DNA from: Hemiscyllium ocellatum
Lineage: Eukaryota
Direction of reading: 5' to 3'
DNA: 64,000 nt
Assembly (NCBI RefSeq): GCF_020745735.1
Contig: NC_083440.1
Span: forward strand, 27,423,278-27,487,277
The stretch's first letter is position 1. The number at the start of each line of letters is the position of its first letter. Shown piece after piece: positions 50,901 to 64,000 of this stretch. The position numbers and the translations under genes are program-made. The notes below the pieces were generated by a model. The model saw only the letters and a list, made by a program, of their open reading frames with translations. It was not told the origin of the DNA and searched no databases.

Positions 50901-53525
50901 GGGCACAGTAACTATGATTACGGTAACTAGGGATACAATAATTATGGACACAGTAACTATGGACATAGTTACAATGGATTCAGTAACTACAGACACTGTA
51001 ACTATGGATACAGTAACTATGGACATGGTAACTAAGGACAAGGTAACTATCGACATGGTAACTACCGTCATGGTAACTATGGACATGGTAATGATGGACA
51101 TGATAATTGTGGACGCAGTAATTATGGACACGATTATTATGGACATGGTAATTATGGATACGGGAATTATGAACATGGTAACTATGCACATGGTAACTAT
51201 GGACACAATAATTATGGACACGGTAACTATGGATACAGTAAGTATGGATACAGTAAGCATGGGCAGGATAACTATGGACATGGTAACTATGGACACGGTA
51301 ACTATGGACATGATAAACATGCACACGATTACTATGGACACGGTAACTATGGACATGGTAAATATGGAGCCGGTAGCTATGGACACAGCAACTATGGACA
51401 TGCTAACTATGGACACGGCTAATATGGACACGATAACTATGGACATGCTAACTATGGACACGATAACCATGGACATGCTAACTATGGACACGATAAACAT
51501 GCACACAATTACTATGGATACAGTAACTATGGACACGGTAACTATGGACATGGTAACTATGGACACAGTAACTATGGACACGATAACCATGCACACGCTA
51601 ACATTGGACATGCTAACTATGGACACAGTAACTATTGACACGATAACTATGGACATGATAAACATGCACACGATTACTATGGACACGGTAACTATGAACA
51701 CGGTAACTATGGTCACCATAATTACGTGCATGGTAAATATGGACTTGGTAATCATGGACATGGTAACTATGGATGCGGTAACTATAGGTACAGTAACTAT
51801 GGACAGAGTAACTGTGGTCACGGTAAATATGGACACGATAACCATGGACGCGGTAACTATTGACACGGTAATTATGGACAGGGTAACTATGGATGCGGTA
51901 AGTATGGACATGGTAACTATGGACACGGTAACTATGGTCACGATAATTAGGGACGCAATAATTATGTACATGGTAATTATGGACATGGTAATCATGGACA
52001 TGGTAACTATGGACACAGTAACTATGGACACAGTAAATATGGAAACGATAACAATGGACACAGTAACTATGGTCACGATAATTACGGACGCAATAATTAT
52101 GTACAAGGTAATTATGGACTTGGTAATCATGGACATGGTAAATATGGATGCGGTAACTATGGATGCGGTAACTATGGACACGGTAACTATGGGCACGGTA
52201 ACTATGGTCACGATAATTACGGACGCGATAATTATGTACACGGTAATTATGGACTTGTTAATCAGGGACCTGGTAACTATGGATGTGGTAACTATGGACA
52301 CAGTAACTATGGGCACGGTAACTATGACTACGGTAACTAGGGATACAATAATTATGGTCGCAGTAACTATGGACATAGTAACAATGGATTCAGTAACTAC
52401 AGACACGGTAACTATGGATACAGTAAATATGGACATGGTAACTAAGGACAAGGTAACTATGGACACGGTAACCACCGTCATGGTAACTATGGACATGGTA
52501 ATGATGGACACGATAATTGTGGACGCAGTAATTATGGACATGATTATTATAGACATGGTAATTATGGATACGGGAACTATGGACATGGTAACTATGCACA
52601 TGGTAACTATGGACATAATAATTATGGACACGGTAACTAGGACACGGTAACTATGGATTCAGTAAGTATGGATACAGTAAGCATGGGCAGGATAACTATG
52701 GACATGATAACTATGAACACGATAATTATGGACACGGTAACTATGGACACAGTAACTATTGACATGATAACTGTGGACATGGTAACAATGGGCAAGATAA
52801 CGATGGACACGATAATTATGGAAAGGGTAACTATGGACATGATAACTATGGACACAGTAACTATGGATACGGTAACTATGGACATGATAACTGTGGACAT
52901 GATAACTATGGACACGGTAACTATGGACATGATAACTATGGACATGGTAACTATGGACACGGTAACTGGACACAGTAACTATGGAGACAGTAACTATGGA
53001 CACGGCAACTATGGACACAGTAACTATGGACATAGTAACTATGAACGTGATAACTATGGACACGGTAACTATGGACACAGTAACTATGAACATGATAACT
53101 GTGTACACAGTATCTATGGACACGATAATTATGGACACGATAACTATGGACACGGTAAGTATGGACACAGCAACTATGAACATGATAACTGTGGACACAG
53201 TATCTATGGACACGGTAACTATGGACACGATAATTATGGACAGGGTAACTATGGACATGATAACTGTGGACATGGTAACTATGGACATAGTAACTATGAA
53301 CGTGATAACTATGGATACGGTAACTATGGACATGATAACTATGGACACGGTAACTATGGACACAGTAACTATGAACATGATAACTGTGGACACAGTATCT
53401 ATGGGCATGATAACTATGGACACGATAACTATGGACACGGTAACTATGGACATGGTAACTATGGACATGGTAACTATGGATATGATAACTATGGACACGG
53501 TAACCATGGACACAGCAATTCTGGA
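38955..53525. repeat. Complete ~14.6-kb 15-bp minisatellite array (~970 units)
   Basis: Same unit as 1-8445, and ends in the same terminal sequence (accatggacacagcaattctggacatcatttggacacag). Confidence 0.98.
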
Positions 53526-56500
53526 CATCATTTGGACACAGACAAAATTAAACAAGTCAAAAAGGGAAAAAAAAGAATGAAATGGAACCTATTGTGAGGG
53601 AATGGGAACCAAAGAGAAACCGAATGAGAAATAGGTTTGGCTGTTTAATGAACAGAAATCAGAACATCGCAAAGACCCACAATCTGAGGAGCACAAGGAT
53701 GGAGATGATTCATTCTGGATTGGTTAGGTTGGAGTGGAATCCCTCCAGTGTGGAAACAGGCCTCTCGGCCCAACCAGTCCACTGACCAGCATCTCACCCA
53801 GACCCATCCTCTTCCCCTATCCCTGTAACCGCGCCTTTCCCATGGCTAACTCAACTCAACCCAGACATGCGTGATCCCTCAGGGCAATCCAGCGTGGCCA
53901 ATCCACCCAGGCTGCACCTCTTCAGACTGCCGGCTGCTGTAGTTTGGGTGCTGAATGAGCTGTGGTACCAGGGGCCCTCCCACCTACACAAACTGTAAAG
54001 GTGACCGCACCTAGCACCAAGATAAGGTGTCCGAGGACTCACAGATGTAAGTGGGAAGGGTCTGGGCAAGGGGAGGAGACGTGAGCTCTGCTCCGGCCAT
54101 GGACCGAAGGTGCACGTTGAATTCAATTTCGGGGGCAAGTCTTCCCCATTAAGACATTGTGGTGAAAACCTGTCTGATTCACTCGTGCGCTGTGGGTGAG
54201 GGAAGTTTGCCATCCTTCCCTGGTCTGGCCTACATGTGACTCCACACCCTCCCCAGCAGTGTGGTTGACGCAGAACTGCCCTCTGGGTAATTAGGGATGG
54301 GTAACAAATGGCAGCCCAGCTAGCGATGCCGCCAACCTGTGAACATATTCAAGTAAATTTCTCCAGGCTTGGTAAACATCCTTTGCCAACTCTACAAATT
54401 CAGTTCCCAGTTCAACAGCTCGGTCAGACGCAGCTCAGATTTGTTAGTTGCTTCTGATGAGTTGTATGAGGTGTTCACCTGAGATTGTCACTGTTTATTC
54501 ACTTGTTACGGACTGGGGAAGGTATACAGTCACAGAACCTTTTCAGAAACAGGCCATTCAGCTAACTGTGCCAAGCCAGCCCTCTGAAAGATGTCCCACA
54601 CTGCCCAATCTTCAGGACCCCACCCTTACCATGGGCAATCCCACCTATTCCCCGTACACAACAGCAAATCCTACACAGCTGCAGATTTCTGGACTGCGGA
54701 AGGAAACTCGGAGAGACAAACGAAGAGTGTGCTAACCCCATACACCCTCTCACACACATTCACGCTCTCTCTCACACTCACACATGCACACATACTCCCT
54801 CACAAAAACTCACGCACACATACACTCACACACACAGACATACTCTCTCTCATACACACAGGCACAGACACACACACTTTCTCTCTTACACACACACACA
54901 GACACCCACACTTCTCTCACACCCACTCATGCACACACACACACTCACACAGACACACACACACTCTGANNNNNNNNNNNNNNNNNNNNNNNNNNNNNNN
55001 NNNNNNNNNNNNNNNNNNNNNNNNNNNNNNNNNNNNNNNNNNNNNNNNNNNNNNNNNNNNNNNNNNNNNNNNNNNNNNNNNNNNNNNNNNNNNNNNNNNN
55101 NNNNNNNNNNNNNNNNNNNNNNNNNNNNNNNNNNNNNNNNNNNNNNNNNNNNNNNNNNNNNNNNNNNNNNNNNNNNNNNNNNNNNNNNNNNNNNNNNNNN
55201 NNNNNNNNNNNNNNNNNNNNNNNNNNNNNNNNNNNNNNCACAATCCCAACCTCTCCTCTGCGGTTAATTGAATGAAGCAGTAAGTGTAAACACAGCTCAC
55301 ACTGCCATCCAGTGCCTCATTCCTCAAAAGCTAGCAATACCCTCCTGGCCCAGAGACAGGACAGCGATTGGATGAGATGAGTTTTAATCAACACCTTCCA
55401 TGACCATCGGCTCCTGAGGCAAGGCTTGAACCAGAAATGTCTGGCCCAGGCGTAGGGGCACCATGACTGGGACACGAGGATGGACCCTATTTGTCAGCAT
55501 TGAAAGGCTGCTCGGAGCTGAGACCAAAGACGGAAGAGCATTGGGAGAGGGTGCAGAAAAGTAACCGGTTCCTAACCCCTCAAGGAGTACATGAGTCAGC
55601 AAGGTGTTTCGACCAACCTGTGGTAGGCACGGGGCTATGAGCAAACATTGGAGAGAAAGAGGCGGGGAAATACACTCAGAAGGGGATGGCTCTGAAATGC
55701 TAAATTACCCGTAAGGCTAAGGGATGTGTAGGTTAGGGTGGGTTGGCCATGCTAAATTACCCATAGTGTTCAGGGATGTATAGGTTAGGGTGGATTAGCC
55801 ATGCTAAATTACCCCATAGTGTTCAGGGATGTGTAGGTTAGGGTGGATTGACCATGCTAAATTACCCATAGTGCTCAGGGATGTGCAGGTTAGGATGGAT
55901 TGGCCATGCTAAATTACCCATAGTGTTCAGGGATGTGTACGTTAGGGCGGATTGGCCATGCTAAAATACCTCCATAGTGTTCAGGGATGTGCTGGTTAGG
56001 GTGGATTGGACATGCTAAATTACCCCATAGTGTTCAGGGATGTGCAGGTTAGGGTGGATTGGCCATGCTAAATTACCCATAGTGCTCAGGGATGTGCAGG
56101 TTAGGGTGGAATGGCCATGCTAAATTACCCATAGTGCTCAGGGATGTGTAGGTTAGGGTGGTTTGGCCATGCTAAATTACCCCTCATGGATCAGAGAACT
56201 ATACAGCGCAGAACAGGCCCTGCATCCCTCTACGTTGCACCGACCCACGAACTCGTCTAAGCCCATCCCCCTACACTACCCCATCATCATCCATGGGCTT
56301 ATCTAAGGACTGTTTAACTCTCCCTAATGTGGCTGTGTTCACTACATTAGCAGGTAGGGCCCTCCTCACCCTTCCCACTCTCTGTGTAAAGAACCTGCCT
56401 CTGACATCTGTCTGAAATCTATCACCCCCCAATTTGTAGTTATGTCCCCCTCGTAACAGCAGACGTCATCATCCTCAGAAACACACTCTCACTGTCCACC

Positions 56501-56805
56501 CTATCTAATCCTCTGACCATCTTGTATGTCTCTATCAAATCCCCCCACTTAACCTTCTTCTCTCCAATGAGAATAGCCCCAAGTCTCTCAGTCTTTCCTC
56601 ATAAGACATTCCCTCCAGACCAGGCAACATCCTGGTAAATCTCTTCTGCACCTTTTCCAATGTTTCCACGTCCTTCCTATAATGGGGCGACCAGAACTGT
56701 ACACAATATTCTGAGTGCAGCCGCACCAGCGTTTTGTATAATTGCAGCATGACATTGCAGCTCTGGAACTCAATCCCTCTACCAATAAAACCTAACAAAC
56801 CTAAC

Positions 56806-58715
56806 AATGGGAAGGCTACAAACAAAAACAGAGGATAACAAGGAGAGAAATAAGGAAGGAGAGGATCAACTATGAAGGTAGGCTAGCCAGTAATATTAGG
56901 AATGATAGTAAAAGTTTCTTTCTATATATAAGAAACAAACAACAGGCAAAAGTAGACATTTGGCCATTTCAAACTGATGCTGGAAGCCTAGTGATGGGAG
57001 ATAAGGAAATAGCTGGAGAATTTAATACGCACTTTGCGACAGTCTTCACAGTGGAAGACATGAGTAATATCCCAACAATTAAAGGGATTCAGGGGGCCGA
57101 GTTGAGTATTGTTGCCATTATCAAAGAGAAAATGCTAGAAAAGCTAAAAGGTCTTAAAATTGACAAATCTCCTGGCCCCGATGGGATACATCCTCGAGTT
57201 CTGAGGGAGGTGGCTGAGGAAATAGCAGTTGCATTGGTTGAGATCTTTCAAAAGTCACTGGAGTCAGGGAAAGTACTGGATGATTGGAGGATCGCTGTTG
57301 TAACCCTCTTGTTCAAGAAAGGATCAAGACAAAAGATGGAAAATTATAGGCCAATCTTGGTTGTTGGTAAAATTCTAGAATCCATCATTAAGGATGAGGT
57401 TTATAAATTCTTGGAAGAACAAGTCAACATGGATTTAGTAAGGGGAGGTCATGCCTGACAAAACTGTTGGAATTCTTTGAAGAGGTGATAAATAGTTTAG
57501 ACTAGGGAAACCCAGTGGATGTGGTCTATTTAGACTTCCAAAAGGCCTTTGATAAGGCGCCACACGGGAGGCTGCTGAGCAAGGTGAGGGCCCATGGTGT
57601 TCGAGGTGAGCTACTGGGATGGACTGAGGATTGGCTGTCTGACAGAAGGCAGAGAGTTGGGATAAAAGGTTCTTTTTCAGAATGGCAGCCGGTGACAAGC
57701 GTTGTCCCGCAGGGTTCAGTGTTGGGGCCGCAGCTGTTCACATTATATATTAATGATCTGGATGAAGGGACTTGGGGGGGGCATTCTAGCGAAGTTTGCC
57801 GATGATACGAAGTTAGGTGGACAGGCAGGTAGTACTGAGGAAGTGGGGAGGCTGCAGAAGTATCTAGTCAGTTTGGGAGAGTGGTCCAGGAAATGGCTGA
57901 TGGAATTCAACGTGAGCAAATGCGAGGTCTTGCACTTTGGAAAAAAGAATAAAAGCATAGACTACTTTCTAAATGGTGAGAAAATTAGTAAAGCCAAAGT
58001 ACAAAGGGATCCGGGAGTGCTAGTCGAGGATTCTCTAAAGGAAAACATGCAGGTTGAGTCTGTGATTAAGAAAGCGAATGCAATGTTGTCATTTATCTCA
58101 AGAGGGTTGGAATATAAAAGCACCGTTGTGCTACTGAGACTTTATCAAGCTCTAGTTAGGCCCCATTTGGAGTACTGTGTCCAGTTTTGGTCCCCACACC
58201 TCAGGGAGGACATACTGGCACTGGAGCGTGTCCAGCGGAGATTCACACGGATGATCTCTGGAATGGTAGGTCTAACATACGGGGAACAGCTGAGGATCCT
58301 GGGATTGTATTCATTGGAGTTTAGAAGATTAAGGGGAGATCTAATAGAAACTTACAAGATAATACATGGCTTGGAAAGGGTGGACACTAGGAAATAGTTT
58401 CCGTTCGGCGAGGAGACTAGGACCCGTGGACACAGCCTTAGAATTAGAGGGGGTCAATTCAGAACAGAAATGCGGAGACATTTCTTCAGCCAGAGAGTGG
58501 TGGGCCTATGGAATTCATTGCCACAGAGTGCAGTGGAGGCCGGGACGCTAAATGTCTTCAAGGCAGAGATTGATAAATTCTTGATGTCACGAGGAATTAA
58601 GGGCTACGGGGAAAATGCAGGTAAGTGGAGTTGAAATGCCCATCAGCCATGATTGAATGGCGGAGTGGACCCGATGGGCTGAATGGCCTTACTTCCACTC
58701 TTATAGTCTTATGGT
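56806..58715 (+). mobile_element. CR1-like LINE, copy 2, with an extra frameshift near 57772
   Basis: Paralog of 11701-13606; gggacttggggggggcattc versus gggactgggggcattc. Confidence 0.95.
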
Positions 58716-59260
58716 CTAACACACCGTATACCTTCTTAACAGCACTATCCACCTGGGTGGCAACGTTCAGGGATCTATGTCCATGGACTCCAAGATCTCT
58801 CTGCACATCCACACTCCCAAGAATCTTTCCATTGACCCAGTTTTCTGCCTTCCTGTTATTCTTCCCAAAGTGAATCACCTCACATTGAGCTGCATTGAAC
58901 TCCATTTGCCAACTTTCAGCCCAATCCCTACAGTTTATCCAGGTCCCCTGCAACCTGTAACATTCTTCCACAATGTCCACTCCTCCAGTGTCGTTTGCAA
59001 ACTTACTGACCCCTCCACCTCGGCCTGCGTCTCAGTCATTTACAGAAATGACAAACAGCGGTGGTCCCAAAACAGATCCTAGTGGCACCCCACTAGTAAC
59101 CGGACTCCGGACTGGATATTTTCCATCAACCACCACTCGCTGCCTTCTTACAGAAAGCCAGTTTCTAATCCAAACTACAAAATCCCCCTCAATCCCATGC
59201 CTCTGCATGTTCTCCAACAGCCTACCATGTGGAACCTTATCAAAAACTTTACTGAAGCAA
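58716..59260 (-). mobile_element. Host CR1-like LINE 5' part, longer than in copy 1
   Basis: Continues into RT motifs FSKVFDKVPH and VPLGSVLGPPLF. Its 3' part is at ~56185-56796. Confidence 0.88.
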
Positions 59261-60831
59261 AGGCAGGGAAGCGGAAGTGAGGGATTTTGGATCGGATTGA
59301 ACGGTGGAGCAGGGCTGGAGGGGACAAAAGGCCCCCTTTCTATTTCTGAGGGTCCCATCTAATGCCGTGAATGTCCCCAGGTGAGGACTGGATCCCTTCC
59401 TTATGCACCCACCCTTCCTTGGTTAGTCACTACGAGGTTAATTTAAAGACGGTCCCTTGCAGAGTCACGGGATCCTACGGCTCGGAAACAGACCCTTCAG
59501 CCCAACACGTCTGTGCTGACTGTAATCCCAAACCAAGCTATTCCCACCTGTCTGCTCCTGGCCCACGTCCCTCCAACCCTTTCCTATTCATGTCTCTGTC
59601 CTTATCCAAAAATGTCTTTTAAACGTTAGAATGTACCCACGGCCACCACTTCCTCAGGAAGGTCATTTCACATATGAACTACTCTCTGCGTAAAAGTAAA
59701 TGTGTCCTCATGACAGTTATCATTCACACAATCTATCCCCCTTATAATTTTACAATCCTCTATAAGGTCACCCCTCATCCTCTGACTCTCCAGGGAAAAC
59801 AGCCCCAGCCTGTCCAGCCTCTCCCCAGCCTATCTAGCTCAAACCCTCCAACCCCGGCAACATCCTGGTAAATCCCTTCCAACCCCCTCTCCAGTTTAAT
59901 AATCTCCTTCCTGGAACAGGGCAACCGGAACTGGACACAGTGCTCCAGACGGGACCTCACCAATGTCCTGTACAACCCCACCATAATGTCCCAAACTCCT
60001 ACACTCAACGGCTGAGCAATGAAGGCTAGTGTGCAATACGCCTTCTTCACCCCCTGACTACATGACACAAACTTCAAAGACTGATGTACCTGACCCCCCT
60101 CTGTCTGTCTGCCCTACAACACTACCCAGGGCCGTACCATTAACTGTAAAAGTCCTGCCCTTTATCTTTCACTCCCTTTCTCATGGTCTTTCCTTTAAAA
60201 GGAACTATTTCCCCAGGCTCTCTTCAATCAACAGTGTTACTGAACATGGGTCAAATATCTNNNNNNNNNNNNNNNNNNNNNNNNNNNNNNNNNNNNNNNN
60301 NNNNNNNNNNNNNNNNNNNNNNNNNNNNNNNNNNNNNNNNNNNNNNNNNNNNNNNNNNNNNNNNNNNNNNNNNNNNNNNNNNNNNNNNNNNNNNNNNNNN
60401 NNNNNNNNNNNNNCACATGCACGTGTATATATATATAGACACATACTCACATGCATGCACACATACGTATATACACACGCACACAGACACACATGCACAT
60501 ATATATACACACGCGCACGTATATATGCACACACAGACACACGCGCACATATATACACACACGCATGCACGTATATATACACACAAACGTATATACACAC
60601 AGACACACACACGTATTTATATATACACACAGACNNNNNNNNNNNNNNNNNNNNNNNNNNNNNNNNNNNNNNNNNNNNNNNNNNNNNNNNNNNNNNNNNN
60701 NNNNNNNNNNNNNNNNNNNNNNNNNNNNNNNNNNNNNNNNNNNNNNNNNNNNNNNNNNNNNNNNNNNNNNNNNNNNNNNNNNNNCATACACGCATATACA
60801 CACACACTCTCACACACAGTCACACAAACAG

Positions 60832-60847
60832 ATGAGAAACAGGAGAT
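60832..60847 (+). CDS. Tentative start micro-exon (MRNRR-W) of B7-like gene copy 2
   Basis: ATG AGA AAC AGG AGA T|GTAAGT; perfect donor, and phase 1 fits the leader exon. Confidence 0.35.
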
Positions 60848-61583
60848 GTAAGTGAAAAAGGTGACCGGCCGATCAGTCCCTGAATTGTTCACAAAGAGCA
60901 GACAGACTGAGTGGTGCTGCTGTTGTGAGGCAGGCACAGGTCAGCGTCGATGATGGAAATGGTCCAGTCACTTTCACAGTCCTTCAGTTCGCAGAGTGGT
61001 CCAGAGTCTGGGGCTCTGATACCTTCGGACCGGGGTTGAAGGCAGAGTGAGAGGGCATCCTTTCGTTTCCTTACGGCACCCTGAGTGAGAGAGGTTCCTC
61101 CTTTACCTGCCCCACAGGGGTAGCGAGGGGATAATCATCTATCTGTGATCTTCACAGAGGGAGCTAACGCTCAGACCAAGGCTGGTGCGCACAAGTCCCA
61201 CAAGAAAACTCCAGTACAGTTGAAACTGGCCTTGTATTCTGTTACGGGAAAACCATAAAATGTATCGATAACTGACAGAGAGGCTGTTGTGTCTTTCTGT
61301 CTCTCTCTCTCTTTTTCTCTGTCTCTCTCTGTTTTTCTCTCTCTGTTTCTCTCATTCTCTCTCCCTTTACCTCTCTCACTCTTCCCCCCCTCTCAGTGTC
61401 AGTCTCCTTCTCTTCCCCTCTCTCTGCCTCTTGCTGTCAATCTTGCCGTCTGTCTCCATATTTCTTGTCAGTATCTGTCTCTCTCTCTCTACATCTCTCT
61501 CTTTCTCCCTTCCCCTCGCACTCTCTCTTTCTCCTTCTCTCTTTATCTCTGTCTCTCCCTCCACATCTCTCTCTCTCCCTGTA

Positions 61584-61614
<31 letters not shown>

Positions 61615-61930
61615 TTTCTCCAATTCTCACACTATCTCTGTCTCTCCCTCACTTTTCTGGCTCTCTTCCCCTCTCTCTCTTTCTCTCTGTCTGCCTGCCT
61701 GTCTGTTTGCTTCTCTCTCTCACTCTATCTCTATCTCTCTCTGACTCTCTCTCTCTCTATCTGCCTGTTTGTCTCTCTCTCTCTCTCTCTCTCTCCCCCC
61801 CCCGACATTCTGTCTCTCTCACTCTCCCATATCTCTTGTAATTTCTCGCTCCTTCCATTTCTCACCCACTCTCCCATTAATTATTGTTCCTGCTATGTTC
61901 TGATTTTTTTTCTCTCTCTCTCCTCTTTAG

Positions 61931-62002
61931 GGATTAATTTAAATGGGAAAAAAGAAAAGACATTCCTGATTATAATGCTACTAAGTTTTCCACCTATATC
62001 AG
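61931..62002 (+). CDS. Signal-peptide exon, B7-like gene copy 2 (xINLNGKKEKTFLIIMLLSFPPIS)
   Basis: Same splice sites and frame as 16411-16482. Confidence 0.72.
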
Positions 62003-62269
62003 GTAAGACAAATTTGTGTTTCAAAACCATGAAAATTATCAGAATTTCACAGCACAGAGAGAGCACATCTAATCCCGAACCACTGAGTAAACGCTCGGTA
62101 TTAGTAAAACGTGGCCAAACTGACAGGCCCATCTCGTGTTTACTGCTTATCAATAACTCCCATGTCTTCATTATCATAACAAAGATGCAGGACAGGGTGA
62201 TGCGTTGTGACTGAACGGTGTGGGAGGTCCTGGATGTTATCCTGAACCAAGGCTCCCTCTGGCTCTGTC

Positions 62270-63740
62270 CTAGCCCACCAATACTGGGATTTCCTGTGGC
62301 CCACTTTATTACAATGAAAACACCAGGGCTTTTGATCTTCTCTGTCCCCCTCAAAGGTTTCTTTTTTACCCTGGGGTAAGGTCTCCCTGGGATCTACCCT
62401 TCCCTTTCCACACCAGGATTTCTCTTTGTCCCAGTTTCTCTCCCTCCTGGACTGAAATCGATTCTGGAAGTCAATCCGTGTTTTATGGACCAGCCCATAC
62501 CCATCAGCCCCTTCAGCTGCTAACCTGACTGTTTTAACCCTCTGTTCTGCCCCATGAGCTTACACGACATCCACACTGAGACTACCCTCAGCCTTTATCT
62601 CCAGCCTTTTCAACTCACCTTCCTTTTTAAGTGTCAGGTTGTGAAGTTTAAGAGCTCTCTCTATTTCATTCTCTGCCCTCTCCCTTTTTCCCTTTCTTCT
62701 GCTTTTAATTGTAAACCAAATCGTTTCATTTCTGCTGCCCTTTCCTGATCTCTCGCCTCTAACTGGAGCTGTTCCATTTGTAATTGAATCCTTGCCATCT
62801 CTATAGATGCTGAGGGTTTCTCCAGCAATTGGAAATGCTGAGCTGCCGCTGGAATTCTCTCTCCTTTCCTCACAGAACCAGGCAATCCAAATTTCAGCTT
62901 CTCCGCTCATTCCCGCAACTTTGTCTCACTCACCTTTTGCAAACCTTCTAACGTCACCGAATCCACATCCAGAAAACCTTTGGTGACTAAAAGAGCCATT
63001 ACTCTCCCAAGCTTAGTCCACCCAACCAAACCGACACCCGAAATATAGACACTAGCACCGACCACTCGCTGTTTAAAATCCAGGACGAGCCCCCACAATC
63101 TGTTATGGATGAGGCCAGACCACTCAAAACATTCTTAACCAGGAAGACCAGACCATAACTTTGCAATCTGTTTCAGTAAGTGTACAGTGAAAATTACCCG
63201 GAGGAAGTTAGTGAGGTTGACGACCAGGGTGTAGAACAGACAAAGATTTATTCACAAAATTACACATTGAAACACAAAATAAAGACCCCTGACAGAACTC
63301 AGTCGATCCAAACTAGACTTCATCATGTTGTTCCAAATACCCACAACCGTCCCAATAAGCAAAACTTTAAAACCCTTTAAAACCCAGTACAGAGGGAACA
63401 CATGTGGACAGGCTGAAGTTAGACAGAGAGGCAGAGTTTCCACACAGCTCCCTGTTGAATTCCCAACCAGTTCTCGACTGAACTGAACTGCTCAGCTAGA
63501 GAGCAGACCAATCCCCTTTCATTATACAGGTCACTCCTAGAACATGACCACTTGGCCTAAAGGCTCATCTGTTTCCATAGAAACAAAAGGCCTCTCCAAA
63601 CCCTTCCCATCTCTGTACCAAACCAGCCTGATCGGAGCCCGGCCTGGTATATTACCCCCTCTCCCTCTGAAATACATCCAGGGCAGAGTCTCCCTGAGCC
63701 AAGGGACAGCTTTGGATAAAGAGGGACTAGCTTTGTGCCA
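62270..63740 (-). mobile_element. Truncated Gypsy-like element, copy 2 (LTR ~63101-63740, PBS 63078-63095)
   Basis: Paralog of 16760-18232. Confidence 0.78.
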
Positions 63741-63862
63741 CTAGCATGGACTTTGAGGGGCTGAGTGGCCTCCTTCTCTTGTCCCAGACTGTTCCAAATA
63801 GCTGTATCACCTCTGGAGGGTGTGGATTGGGAATTGATCCTGGCTGCTTTCCCCTGATACAG

Positions 63863-64000
63863 CTGCAATGGATAAAGTCGCTGACGTTGGAGGGACCGTG
63901 ACACTCCCGTGTCAGGTCGGGAATGTCACTATGTCCCAGGCCACTGTATACTGGCAAAAACGCCTGGAAAAGAAAGTCTTGTTCTATTGGAAGAATGGGA
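63863..64000 (+). CDS. IgV exon of B7-like gene copy 2 (partial, runs off window)
   Basis: Appears identical to 18355-18492. Confidence 0.9.

Larger units (their letters stand above)
53526..64000 (+). repeat. Second copy of the tandem segmental unit (paralogous to ~8446-18492)
   Basis: Colinear SINEs, 53-bp array (55697-56182), LINEs, leader exon, Gypsy element and IgV exon, with copy-specific substitutions and indels. Confidence 0.98.

Noticed and set aside
40884-52650. 1000-2000 aa ORFs on both strands (MDTVT and SIVTV repeats; also 8-6280) as genes
   Set aside because: No consensus codon in these frames (ATG GAC ACG GTA ACT; ATA GTT ACC GTG TCC) is one substitution from a stop, so long ORFs are expected without selection. 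They appear equally on both strands.
54448-54735. DWGRYT..IQLTV as a second Ig domain
   Set aside because: The canonical Cys is missing, there is no B-strand Cys/Trp context, and copy 1 has a deletion and different sequence there.

Overview
Repeat-dense vertebrate genomic DNA, most likely from a shark or other elasmobranch. This is inferred from recalled shark-type SINE, CR1-LINE and Penelope sequences and a GPR139-like receptor; no database search was run. The window holds about 1.4 copies of a ~45-kb tandem unit: 8.45-18.49 kb recurs at 53.53-64.0 kb (offset ~45.1 kb rising to ~45.5 kb, roughly 96-97% identical by eye). Each visible copy follows a giant 15-bp minisatellite (GGTAACTATGGACAC; >8.4 kb and ~14.6 kb). 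The one fully visible unit contains: SINEs; nested CR1-like LINEs; a + strand B7-family (CD80/CD86-like) gene seen only as a leader exon plus an IgV exon, with a truncated Gypsy element in the intron; a Penelope fragment ending in a minimal hammerhead ribozyme; an intact two-exon GPR139-like GPCR on the - strand with a tandemly repeated N-glycosylated N-terminus; several TE-seeded minisatellites; and a defective class I ERV with two LTRs and no target-site duplication. The best candidate for an undescribed system is this macrosatellite-like B7-IgV + GPCR + giant-VNTR cassette. Supporting oddities are an apparent gene-conversion tract over the IgV exon and a speculative phase-compatible splice from the IgV exon into the Thr-rich repeat. 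The 1000-2000 aa repeat ORFs are explained by codon composition and are not called as genes. All alignments and counts were done by eye.
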